A DNA stretch of 56,982 nucleotides, counting the filler, from Sphacelaria rigidula (lineage: Eukaryota): assembly GCA_964200075.2 (NCBI GenBank). It is 5 parts of 5 records of this genome, joined end to end, with 100 filler letters (N's around TTAATTAATTAA, not from the genome) between each part and the next. Parts side by side here need not be neighbours in the genome. Positions count along the whole stretch, not along the records: positions 1 to 11,317 come from CAXNAA020005070.1; positions 11,418 to 22,734 come from CAXNAA020005071.1; 3 more parts are not named here. One strand, 5' to 3'. Below the pieces are notes generated by a model. The model was not told the origin of the DNA and ran no database searches. It saw nothing but the letters and a program-made list of their open reading frames with translations. Positions 1 to 11,929 of this stretch are shown here, piece after piece. The first letter of the stretch is position 1; each line of letters opens with the position of its first letter. Both the position numbers and the translations under genes were made by a program.

Positions 1-105
1 CCCCCCCGCATCCCTCCCCGGTTAACCCCCACCCGCCCCCCCGCGGCAGCCGTGGGGACCCCCCCCCCCCCCCCCATCCCCCTCCCCCTCCCTCTCTGCG
101 TTCAG

Positions 106-1061
106 CTGGATGGTCATCCATCCGCACAAATCCAAACTTGGTGTCTAACGCGAGATTTGGCAAGAGCGTGAGGTTTCCTACCGGAAACATCGAGGCCTCG
201 CCCTGTCTCCTGTCTCATCGAACCTCTATGCCGCCGACCCTTTCTGTACATGCTGAGGGCGGCAGATCATGGCACAACACTTGAGCTTTGCTCGTGTCGT
301 GGGTCAGGAGAGCTCAGGAGGGGGCATGGCTTAGGATGCTTGTGCCATTTATTTGCCGACTTTGTGTTCCACAACACACAGAACCTACACACTACACACA
401 CACACACACACACACAGCGGTCAATCCTTTCAGGATTAAAACTGTCAGGTTCATCTCGGAACAGAATAGCAGTGGAGCTTTCACGAGGGTATCCTTGGGG
501 TAAAGCTCGGTGCAGTCAACGCAGCAAATGAACGGGAACGCCCCCCGGCGTAAGCCAGTGTAAACTGCAGTATTACGGGTATGGCATGGTGCTGTACTAC
601 ACTTGCAGTGCTTTATAGTTAATCCAGCACACTTGCGAAGGCAGAGCTTCGCGTCTGCTGAACGTGCACACTTGTTGACTGTGACATGCTGCTGTACAAG
701 TTGCATATGCGAAACCCTCAGGTGCACCTGCAACAGAGGCCACCTGAAATAGAGGCGACTGTTGTTGTTCGAGCACAGCACAGTGAGGTACATGACAGCA
801 AAAACCGTAGTGCAGCGCAGTAAAATGCAGTGCAGTAGCTTCTGGATACTCGCCGTCTCTAGCATCTCTCTTGGCAAGTCCTTGCAAGGCGGCAATATCG
901 CCTCCGTCACCGCCATCCCCCTTGCCGTGTGGGTATCGCCCTCGGCGGTCGCTCTTATCCTGCCTAGCCCTTCCAATGTACCACAACGCCACCACCAAAA
1001 TCTTTGGCAAACGATTACACGTAGTAATAGGAGCTCACGCACAGCAGGTCACACACACAAG
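106..1061 (+). CDS. Possible upstream exons (106-167, 968-1061) of the contig-1 gene
   Basis: Splice sites are ttcag|..|gtgagg and cctag|..aag|gtaagc. Phases 0->2 and 2->0 chain without stops into the 4659 exon. The translation has no recognisable motif, so the frame is uncertain. Confidence 0.35.
394..416. repeat. (CA)n microsatellite
   Basis: Uninterrupted acacac run. Confidence 0.9.
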
Positions 1062-2999
1062 GTAAGCCACAGGTAAAACGGAAAGCCGTTTTCGTAGTGG
1101 TGCCACAGCTCCTTCGGGATATGGAACGGCTGTGACACGGCGCCAGTGTCGACTGCCGGTGACGGGATATAACACCCCCTCTTAACCCCCCAGCACCTGT
1201 CCACCTGTCGATGTTCTCAATGGTCAAAGTAGAATCCGAGCATATTTTTCGATATTTTTAATGATTTTTGAAAGAATATTCAGGCAAAGACTTCTTTATG
1301 TGAACCAAGGATCGTGTTTCTCGAGAAAGCCGAGGTAAAAATGCTGACCCTCGGGGGGTGCTATTTGAAGTTTTTGAGGCACGAAGCGGCAGAAATCCAC
1401 CCGCCGCGGTACGAGGGAAAAAGGGCAGACAACACTGTGTCAACATCTGCACTCTATAGCAGGGGGGACGCATTGAAGAACGGTGAGTGCTCGAAGGAAG
1501 AAAGATCGACACCGTAAGTGACCATCTGCGTAGGTTTATCTGCACGATCTTCGTCATGTGAGCCCCGCACTGTGATGACTGAGTGCATTATCACAGCTTC
1601 AGTTCTGCCCCGCCATGCCATGCCCCAGTATGTTGTAGCGTCTGCTGACTCGCCAATCAGCACCAGACCGAAAAATACCGCATGCGATCCAATGGTACAA
1701 CCAAGCACGATGATATTCATGTATATCATGTGTATCCACTGGGTCACTCACGTCTCATGCGTGCTTTCCGTTGTGTCTGGTTTGTCGTATACGGTGTATT
1801 ACACCCTGTGCATTGGTTTCGACCGAGGAGATCCTGCGCTCTGTCAAAGCAGCCCATGAACTAGCGGTTGATAGGGGTGGTGCTGATAGTTAATATGTGT
1901 GATGCAGCCGGTGCAGTCTTCGAAGGAATAGTCGTGAAGGTTTTTCTGATGGCGTGGGTGTGTGTGGCACGGAAGCTTGACTGCGGATTCATGGTGAACA
2001 TATAACGCGTCTTGCCAAGAATGCGCTCATATAGAAGTGCGGTTTTTACCTATAATACTACGTCCATACCTGTTGCAACAGACTATTACGTGGGCTCTTT
2101 TTTGTCAAGTTCAAGCATGCACTGACTGTACCATATGTCTGTTTTTGTGAAAATCGTGGTAGTGTCTCCCATAGCAGCTGACGAAGTGAGTCAACACACA
2201 TAGCCGTAAGCAACGGGCGTGCCAGATACGTACGATAGACCGAGGACTACGGTCTGTGACTGTGCCATAGTGCATGTACAAGTGTCACGTTGTACTATGC
2301 GTGCAACAATTGCGATGAAGGGTAACTAGTCGCCCGGGAGCAGCATCCCCCTCTTGCGAACATCGGGGAATGACAAGTTGTATTCACCGATCGAAAGTGT
2401 GCACACAGAAAACTCGACTGTCCCCACTGGCGCAACACATGTGGTCAAGTTGAGCCACCACCCGTCACAGGTCCTCCACGGCTTTTTTGTCGAAGAGTGG
2501 AGATCTCACCGTAGTACCTGCTGCGCTCATCGCCGCTACTGTCTCTAGATGAATATGCAAGAGGACGCTAAGCAATCAAAATCGCATAAATGTATTGCCG
2601 ACCAAGCATGGTGACCCTAGGTTGGTACTCCCCGCCGCTGTGAGAATATTCGAAAATTGTGTGGCGGATCCCTTATGACAGCCAACCTGACCGTACCCTG
2701 TAGGGCCACCGCATTCTATCATGTACTTTTGTTCAACCCCTCTGTGTACCCCCCCCCCCCCCCCCCCCCCCCCCCCTCTGTATGTGTAGGGGTTGGCATC
2801 GGTTGGCAACGATGCTGTGAACCATGCCACACATCGCGTGACTAGACAACCAGGTTCCCGTTTTGTTCTCGCTTGCGTTTTTTTGCGGCAACCACGATGG
2901 TGGTTGAGGTAGATCATATTGTGCGGAGTGAAGAGCCTCAACTCCGCGGAAAAGGGATGATCGCACGACGTTGTGTTCAGATGACGAGGCGCCCACGAG

Positions 3000-3290
3000 G
3001 CAGCGTCACCCGCGGCTGTCTCTGGAAGTGGCGAAACCAGAAAATAGAGCAACTCACTCGGGGCTGTCATCCATACCCAAGATAATTTAGTCAGTATGCT
3101 TCGGGCCGAACATTCTCAGCAAAATGTATATCACCTCTCGTGCAACTCGCACGATCATCCGGGCGCTTCGCGTTTGGCGACTGCGAGCCTAGTCCGGTGA
3201 AAATCCAGCGTGCTTTGTCCCGGTTTTGTAGCGATGTGAGGTCAATGGCCTTGCGACTACGGCATGCAAAATCATGAGTACGCCCCTCCG
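3000..3290 (+). mobile_element. Dispersed retroelement-like repeat; other copies at 33800-34150 and 22835-22900
   Basis: Copies in two contigs share gcttcgggccga...gcgagcct(a/g)gtccgg...gatg(t/c)gaggtcaatgg...gactacggcatgc...atcatgagtac followed by a C-run. Confidence 0.7.
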
Positions 3291-4658
3291 ATACTTGTCG
3301 CCATTTTATTCTAAAGCATTGGGTGGTAACTATCAGTACTCCCGCAGCCCGTCGACTGGCATCGACTGCTCTCGTTTTTGCCCACCCTCGGTCTCCCCTT
3401 TTTTCGGATAATGAGAAGAGCAAAGAACACTTCAAGCGTCGGAATTCTAAGCTCACAGTCCATAACCGTCTGTTCTCAAATTGGAGTCTTGGAAGTGTAA
3501 TCTCCGCTGCGCTCCTCGTCGCTGTCCATGGTAATGAAAATGTAGGATAGGGAGGACATAAGAGAACGAGGAAAAGGAGAAGGACTCCCACGATCGAAAT
3601 CCCGAAGTGTTCGCCATACAGGAGGGGCAAGGCGGCAAACGGAGGGAACACTGCGCTGAGAGCCAGTGGCGGTCACTTAACTCAGAGCAGGACAATATTC
3701 CATAGCGCCAACCATGATCAGCGGGGATTCTACTGCGTCCCACATGGGTTCGGTCAAGGTGAGGAGAATGCCGACACTTATCGTACGGGCGTAAGACAGC
3801 ACCCCTTCGCCTCTCATGGAAAGCAGTGCATCTCACGAGGGATGTTTGAGTCTCGATCGATCACCATGAAAGCATGGATTCCATCAACTGATTTGGATCC
3901 TATGCGGTGAACCTGGGAACGACCGCTTATGCAGTCGTTGTAGACACGCAGAAGCAACCGCACAAACCTGCACGAGAGAGAGAGCGGAGCAGAACATTCA
4001 TATTTACCCGTTAAGGAGGTAGATGCGATGCGATGCAATCCAGTTCGTCTGAGACGTTTGCAGATCTCCGTTCTTGCTCTGTTTTATATCTTGCGGAACT
4101 CAATCACCCCCGGAAATATAAAAAAGGATCCCAACTCCCCAAATTTTGTAGCTAGCTCGGCGATCTTTGGAAAAAACACTCTTCCCCTCACACTGTGTGC
4201 TTACCGCATTCTAGCATCGATTGAATCTAAGTTCCATCGTGATTTCGGCTAGATGTTTCGCATCCTTCAGCGTATTCTGGATCTGCCGTATTTACACCCG
4301 ATTGGTCCCCCGTTGTCCCAATATTGACCTAAAATTCCTACATTTGAGGCAGCCATGAATTCCAAAAGTTGTAGCCGAGCAAAGAGTTCATGCAGCTAAC
4401 TAGTAAGGAGCGAATGCGTGTAGGTGCGTGTTCTCATCTTTCGAAGTTATAAGCGATCACAGCAGGCAAACATCCGGTGCATCGCCGTAGAGCTGGTGAT
4501 ACAATCGCCCCGACCGTGCGCTGTTCATCTTGGTCGGCCGGACAGGGGAAAGCATATCTACTGACCAATGACATGGCAAAAGCCTTCTGCTTGTGTGCAA
4601 CGTGGTCGCGTGGCGCTTGCCCCTCCTCTTCGTCCCGATGAACCGAATTTTTCGGCAG

Positions 4659-7600
4659 AATATCGAGAAGGCCCGAGAACGGAGGACGTTTGAGACCATG
4701 CCTGGCTCGTCAGAGGCGGGAGTTCCCGATGAGCTGCTCACACACGCCAATGTAAGAGAGACGGACATCTTTGCAATGGTACAGTCAAGAACAAAGTCCG
4801 TTGTGTGCGCGAGTGTCGAGTGCTGTACCCGTCAGCAAAGGATGCTGAACAGTCACATTTCCCCGTACCATTTCTTCTTCTACCCATTGTGTTGTTGTTT
4901 TTTTTGCTGCGTGAGGATCATGGTGTGAATGAGTTGTGCAGAGGAAAGGGATGCGACGTCTGCCCCTGGGAACGTTGCGGTCAGTTGGCAGCTGCTTTCA
5001 CGTTAACTTCCCCATGTCAATACTTCCTACGCCAGCGCTTCAGTCACGAGTGCAGCGGTGACTTATGCCAATAGAGTCAGTTACATCATTCCCCCCTCCC
5101 CCGCCGGGCCTCGGTGTCCCTCAGGTTGGCCTTGGCTTCTGTTGCATTTCCTCGGTGTCCATACTCGCACACCTTCTGGAATTCCATTCTATGGAGGCTG
5201 ATCACTACCTGCAGTCCTCTTGGAAAAAACGGGCAATCCGGACGTCTTCCACGTTGCGTTCATGTCCATCATGGCGATGTACTTGCTTGGAACCCGTGTG
5301 CTCACTCCCTGCACCTAAATCGAGTGCGTCTTAGCATCTGTTTACTCCACGCTTCATCTTATGGGCAAAAAAAGGAAAAGGAATGTTGTCCGGTGTTTGG
5401 TGTTTTGTGGTTTGCGATTTGATGCAACAATTTTGCACATTCTCACGCTCAGAGAGCTACAGTTCGATTGTTTGAAGAGGGAGGTTTGGGCATGGTCTCT
5501 ATTCATACTTTGTTTCTTTTGTTTTTTTTACTGTGATGCAGCGATTGCGTAACGTGTTCATGGCGTGCCGAATTAAAGTGTTTTTCTTCCAAAAACATGT
5601 TTCGTTTGCATAAAACAATCAGATGCTGTGTGGGACGAAGGGTTATTCAGAGGCTCCGAAGAGAAGAATAGATTGAAGTTATTCTTCGAATGGTTTGCTC
5701 GATGTATGTTTTGTGGGTATTTGTGAATACAGAGTTCTTTCCTTGTCTCTGAACCAAGTGGGTGGAATTCTGTTTCTAGAAGAAAAACGGCTCGAAAATA
5801 AGCAAAAAGAATATGAACTTCAGAACGTGTAAGACATCTACCCAATAATACCTTAACAGTCGTGAACTAACTACTACAATTGAGATTCCTCCTCAGCCAA
5901 GGGTTCGCGTGCAATATAACACCCCCACGATATCTTCAGCACATCGCAGGAAGTGTTCATTACACTAGAAAACTATTCTCGCTCCCATGAAATTCGTTCA
6001 TGAGCCCAGCCCGACAGTCATATCTGAAACCTCGCAAAGCCGTATCGGAGAACGGGCAAGGACTTGGATCAACCAAAGGAGGCAAAAGACGCCGAAGGAC
6101 GCTGAATGAGGCAAGCTGCAATGCTTAACCGCACACCCTCCGCCATTCTGCCACTCCGCGGCTCCCCCACCCCTTCACCCCCCCTACCCAACACTGTGCG
6201 GCGCTTTCACGTCTTATCAATGTGTACGACTACCTGGACCGAGAACGTTCTTCTCAGACCGTTCACCCGCGAATGGGGTATGACATGTCGGACAGCATCT
6301 TCATGCAGGAGCAGCAGGCGGCCGGGAGGAGTAAGGAGGCAAAGAGGGCGGCCGAGGACAGGATCGCATTGGAGGCATTTAGGGCGGCGGCGCTACAGGT
6401 CTGCGATTCATTGTATTTCCCCCCATCTCCACGGATCGATGATTATGTTCAATTCCCTCCCCCTCCCCCAGCAGTTGTTGATGACACTGAAACCAAGTAG
6501 TTATTGATCACACTGAAAGCAAGTAGCTACTTGCTTTCAGTGTGATCAATAACTACTTGGTTCCAGTATGATCGACAACTACGTGGTTTCAGTGTCATCA
6601 ACAACTGCTTGGTCTCAGTGTGATCGATAACTACTTGGTTTTAGTATAGTCAATAAATACTTGGTGTTAGTTTGGTCAATCACTGCTTGGCGGTCGGGCT
6701 TGCTCAGCATGCAGTCTGTCGTCACACGTACTCACTTTTCTGGTGCCGAGATTGCGGCGCTTCAAAGCCGATTTATTGTGTATACATGTCCGACGTGTTC
6801 CGACTATGTTGTTGGGTCACGAGTGACTACTACGCGGGTCACAAAAATAATTACTCTACAGTAGCTGTTGGACCTATATATAAGTATCCCGGCATGAAGA
6901 ATGTATCAGATTCACGTAAGGTAAGTTTTTTCTGGTATACCGAAAAATGTGGATATGTAGGTTCAATGTACCGGGTCCATCTGAATAAATTAACTATACA
7001 GTGGCGAAAATGATGATACATAGCATGTTTTTTCTCGCTCGACCCGCCCATACTTTGTTGCAGATGGTTTCGTCTACTGCAAAAATAGTGCGACTCGACA
7101 AGAATAGATATACTGGTTTGTTACGTACCGTGGTTATGTGCGTGTCAAGTGTGTAGACGTCCACAATATTCGGAATCTGCGAGTCCAGCATACGATCGAG
7201 AGTGAGGGGCGGTCAAATAATGAATGAAATAGTTTCAGTTCCGAAATGCCCCTCCGGACCCAAGACGAGGCCCGACACGTTTTTTGTTGCGCTTTGAACC
7301 CCTCCCCTTCCCCGGGATGAGTCCGTGGTCTCAAGGGATCAACCCATCTCTCCCCCGGTACACACCTTACATTTTGGTCTCGCGGATTGATTGAGTCATG
7401 ACTGTCAGCACTCCCTTACCGCGTCAACTCACGTCAAACAAGCTCAGTCGACTACTTTGTTTACTCACGTTCTCACGCTTTCCACGGTGGAAATCAGACA
7501 CAACGAAAAAAAAAGCCAACGCAACGGGGATCGAACCGTCCTTCTCTCCGCCCTAATGGCGACGATTGGACCATTGCACCGCCCTCAGTCGACTACTTTG

Positions 7601-9343
7601 TTTACTTACGTTCTCACGCTTTCCACGGTGGAAATCAGACATGACGAAGAAAAAACCCCACGAAACAGGAATTGAACCCTCCTTCTCTCCGCCCTAATGG
7701 CGATAGTCGGACCATTGCACCACCGGAGCGCGGCGGCAAACCGGAGCCTGTGATATCTCTAAGTAGGATATCGACGTGTAGCTGTAAGCACACGACGGTG
7801 TTGCAGGCAAGGAAAAGCGCACACAACATGAAAAGTGGTGGAGTTGTGATAGAGCGAATAATGAATAAAAAATTACTCTCAATCTCACGAGAACATTGTT
7901 TTTACGTGGAACCGCATGGGCATTTACGCCGGAGTGATCTCAAAATAGTAGGCATCGGTTTCTGTGCACGCATGTCGACCCTTCTTATCGGTCCATAATG
8001 CACTTCAAGCGCTGGTTCGGCAATTGTACACTCGCGAGCACCGCACCGCCGGAGAGCTTGCGTTGGATCGCGAATTTCCACGTCAGACAGCGCTGAGTAG
8101 CAGTGGGTACTCGACAGAATTGTACAGGACTGAAGCCCCAATCACGGGCATGCATCTATTTTTTTGTTTTTGTTTTTTTCTCGTGCAATGAAGGAGGAAA
8201 TCTCACCCAACGCTTACCCCACGAACGGCTTCGTGTTCCGGAGGCATCGGCCAAACCACCGTGTGGTGGCCATCATATCGTGCAGGCGCCTCGGGCGTTC
8301 GGAAAGCTTTGCTCAAGGCAGTGTGGAAGTTGAACCCACTAGAACCCCCCGTCGACTTGGCGCAGCGCACGCACCGCCTTACTCCTATCAGCTTCGGCCG
8401 GTATTCATTGTGCGTGATCCGTGGCTAGTAGTTCTGCTTGGTCTCGCTCTGATGCCCCTGAGAACTCGCTATAATAGATGCCCATCCCACCCCCCCCAGG
8501 CTTGCTCTTGTCCCACCGGTGTGAAGAACGAAAACAAAATGAATTACAATTCCTTTTGCCAGCCCTCGTTGGCCATGTTGGCGAATATATATATATATAT
8601 ATATGCCCTAGGGTATACATCGCGCCCGCCCGACCTTACATCGCCCTCACCGTTTCACCCCCCGCACTTTGTCGCAGACACCTCCGAATGCCCCGGCGGC
8701 AGCCACCTTTTCTGCCGCACCACCCTCCGGGGCAAACTCGAGCGAGCGCAACAAAAGAAAGTCGGACGTTCGCCCGCCTCCGATTGCGGGAATAAGACTG
8801 AAGAAGAAGTCGTCGTCCAGTGGTTCTGCGGGCGGCGGGTCTGAGAAGCGAGACAGCTGGGAAGGTGGTAGTGCTGACGGGGCGACCGGTCGGGGGAGTG
8901 GTCACGTTGACGAAAGCGACGGTGGGGGTGACGATGGGAATGACCGGAGAGCGAAACGGGATAAATCGAAAAAAAAGAAGAAACGATCGTCTATTTCGTC
9001 TTCATCGTCCTCGCAGAGTTCGTCACATCCATCGTCAAAAAAGAGCAAAGCAAAAAAGCAGCAGCCGCAGCCTCAGCCGCGGCAGTCCACCGAGGTGCTT
9101 GTTGTGCCGGGAGAAATCAGTGCTGGGTGCGGTAGTAGCGATGGTAAGAGTATAGATGAGCAATCGAAAGGGCCTGTAACTGTTGCTATTGGTAGTGCTG
9201 GTGTCAAGGCGGGAGGGGGTCCTGCTGTAGCGGCTAGGGGTGGTGAAGGTGGAAGCAGCGCTAAGGCGGCGACCGTGACTGGTGGGTTGGGGGGGTTGGT
9301 CGGCTATTCCAGCGGAGACGATAGCGACTCCGATGGAGATTAG
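4659..9343 (+). CDS. Spliced gene, FAM192A/PSME3IP1(NIP30)-like nuclear protein; exons 4659-4751, 6018-6110, 6258-6398, 8678-9343
   Basis: All exons are phase 0 with AG acceptors; donors are gtaaga, gcaagc (GC) and gtctgc. Exon 6258-6398 (PRMGYDMSDSIFMQEQQAAGRSKEAKRAAEDRIALEAFRAA) resembles the FAM192A motif 'rGLDEDE..FL.....e..eL..Fr'. The last exon is K/S-rich and ends GLGGLVGYSSGDDSDSDGD*, like the LGAYSGSSDSE tail of that family. Family assignment is by eye. Confidence 0.6.
6471..6690. repeat. 26-bp minisatellite with inverted junction forming a perfect 72-bp palindrome (6491-6562)
   Basis: Unit is ~cagtgtgatcaataactacttggttt, with about 2 units in reverse and about 6 forward. The centre is gtag|ctac at 6526/6527 and the arms are perfectly complementary for 36 bp. 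Confidence 0.92.
7443..7732 (-). mobile_element. Tandem dimer (141-bp period) of a tRNA-derived Pol III/SINE-like unit
   Basis: Units start at 7443 and 7584. The minus strand has an A-box-like ggtgcaatgg and a B-box ggttc(a/g)at(t/c)cc followed by a T-run. Confidence 0.65.
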
Positions 9344-10789
9344 CCATGAAGAGAGAAAATCGCCCGCAATAATTTCTCGTGAATTATTTTGCCTTCTGCA
9401 CTCATATTTACGAATGCGTGTGAACGCTGGCGAACGTTTTGTACATACGGTAACAGAACTAGACTGGGTTACGTGTGTTCCGTGCAATCTTCGCTGGTCG
9501 ACATGCAGGGTCTCGTGGTAAGGTGGCTGTGTGTGTGGGACACGTGTGCCGCGTAATTTCGATTGCGGCCCTACTGGGTCATTCTGCAAATATTTCTTGT
9601 CAAGGCGCAGAGCACGGTGAGTATCACGCTCTTTTGCATCAAATTATGTATTGACATGGAATATAAGAGCGTTTCTCTTTATCTTGTGTCCGGCAGACCT
9701 CATGCGCCCTTCATCACCTCCAAGGCCGGGAAGGCTTCGGCACTACAAGCTTATAAATACAGACACCTACACGTATATATAATGGCAGACAGACCGGAAA
9801 AAACATACACCGACATGGCAGCAGTATTCGTCGCGTTTCAGTACACAGCTATTCACGACGGCGGCTTGGGGAATCAACAGTCCATCATCGAAATTGAGGA
9901 TGAACCTTTTCATTGAGGATAATAACCCGAAAAATTAAAATCTTTGCATCCACGCCAATTCTTCGAGAAATGGTTCCATTCCTTCATCTGCTGGTACCTG
10001 TTGACAACAACTGCACACCATAAAGAATAGGATTCCGATTACTGATGAAGGAATGGAACACGGTCGGTTTTTTTCATCGAAAGTCGGTACAATATCCAAC
10101 AATATTTTCGTGAGATTGAGAAGGAAAATACGATTCAGGGTAAGAAGCGGTCATTTTCCAAGTTCACTTCGTGAATTTGGTTTCTGCTCCGGGGAAAAAA
10201 TTCCACAAACCGATTTTTTGCGACCTATTTTTGCTATATATTTTTTTCACTTTAAAACCCCCATTGATTTCGTTTTATTGGAGAAAACTTTGTCAAACAG
10301 AAACCAAACGCATCCTGCTCCAAAAGGCACCTGACCACACAGTAGTTGCTGCTGCCTACCTAGTATCATCCTCCACATTGAAGTCTTGAGTGAGAACGCC
10401 CAGCGTGCAGCTGCTTGACGCGATCACTGCGTTCTGCCGCGGACCCTTCCCCACGTACCCGACAAGGGGGCAACATCCCGGTACAGACAGTAGCAATGCT
10501 AGCGGATCCTACGTCCTGACAGCCTGGCAGCTGGCAAGGTGGTTATGATATTGTCCTTCTAGTGATATCAACTTACAGTGCACCGGAGCAGAGTTCGCAG
10601 GTGAATATTTTGACGATTGCCTCACCTGTGCTTCGTCAAGATGTTGCAGATTTTTTCCCAATCTTACTGAGTAACATTTCATACGTGTGGAAATGTACCA
10701 GACCCTGTATTTTATGTGGGAATGTACCAAATCCTAGACAAAGATTTCTACAGTCAGTACAAACACGACGTTAAAGGTGTACTGTGCAC

Positions 10790-10900
10790 AGTGTGTTGTG
10801 TGTGTTGTCGTCCCATCTATTCTGGTCTCCACTTTCCGGCATATATGGGCGCACCTGCCACAGGCACACAGGAGGAAGGCCAACACAAGCGTTTTTCTAG
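10790..10900 (-). mobile_element. Truncated copy (tail end) of the SINE at 36419-36766
   Basis: gtgtgtgttgtcgtcccatctattctgg...atatgggcgcacc...cacacaggaggaaggccaacaca matches the 36421 and 44181 copies. Confidence 0.75.
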
Positions 10901-11317
10901 GTAGGCAGCCATTACGGCGGCGGAGGCGACCTTTCACTCCTGCGTGCACCACCTGAGGCAAACGCACGCTGTAGCTGCACCACGGACAGCTTTACAAAAT
11001 GTGGCGTAGCGATATAGCGCGTAGCGGGGGGTGATGCCCCGTGTACACGCAAGTACGAGCAGCGGCGTTCATGATGTGACGAACTGAATAGGACAGCGCA
11101 AAATCAATGTGTTGGAAATATTTGTGGCTCGTGGCGTTTGGTACTGTTCTCGAAACAGACCGACTACTACTGTCGCGGAGACAGTAGTTTAGCAGAGGTT
11201 GCACAGTGGTAGTCAAACCACTTGCTTCTGCAGCAGACAGAAAGTCCAAAGACAAAAATGGTGTTTGGGGCTCTTCACTTCGGCCGAACAAAATCAAGGC
11301 AGCCTCTTTTGCAAGCA

Positions 11318-11417
11318 NNNNNNNNNNNNNNNNNNNNNNNNNNNNNNNNNNNNNNNNNNNNTTAATTAATTAANNNNNNNNNNNNNNNNNNNNNNNNNNN
11401 NNNNNNNNNNNNNNNNN
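11318..11417. other. Artificial contig spacer (44N + TTAATTAATTAA + 44N)
   Basis: The identical 100-nt structure occurs four times. TTAATTAATTAA puts stop codons in all six frames. Confidence 0.97.
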
Positions 11418-11929
11418 GTCGTGGGAGAGTTGGGGGGTGGGGGGGGGGGAATACAAGAAAAACAAGGCCGTGGATCAGATTGCGACACAGCTATCTGGAC
11501 AACGCACCATTTGAGCACGAGCTCCTCCCCGCCAGTTGTGCAGGAGCGAGACACAAAAGTCAATACGGCTTGAAAGAAATGCATGTGTATGTATAGAGTA
11601 TATGTGAAGAAACGAAGGAAGAAACGAAGAGGCTACAAGACGAGGAAAGAAAGAAGGAAGTAGGAAATGAGCTCGACGTGACACTAGGGAACGCCAGGCG
11701 AGCTGCAAGTCAGGTTCAAAAGTCAAACGAGCGATGGGGTCCCTCGAGACGCGTGAAGCAACGGAGGAATTGGAGGTGCGCAGAAGTCGAGCCAAAAGGT
11801 CATCGGGATTCGCAAGGAAGCAGCGAAACGCACTTATACTTCAGGTTCCGCATCGATCCCGTCGACTATCTAGTTGTACGTGCATACAAGAAAAGTCAGC
11901 TGATGAAAAATATCGCCTATTTCCACTTC

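Noticed and set aside
392..1042. 216-aa minus-strand ORF
   Set aside because: It has no motif, runs into a CA microsatellite and overlaps plus-strand splice signals, so it is likely spurious.
6471..6690. CRISPR-like array
   Set aside because: Units are contiguous with no unique spacers, there are no cas genes, and the context is a eukaryotic intron.
10340..10990. Terminal exons of a convergent minus-strand gene (e.g. LQRAFASGGARRSERSPPPP*)
   Set aside because: Splice sites are plausible, but I could not build a phase-consistent chain or recognise a product.
11362..11373. TTAATTAATTAA recurring every ~11.4 kb as a biological periodic signal
   Set aside because: It is embedded in fixed N padding and is an assembly linker.
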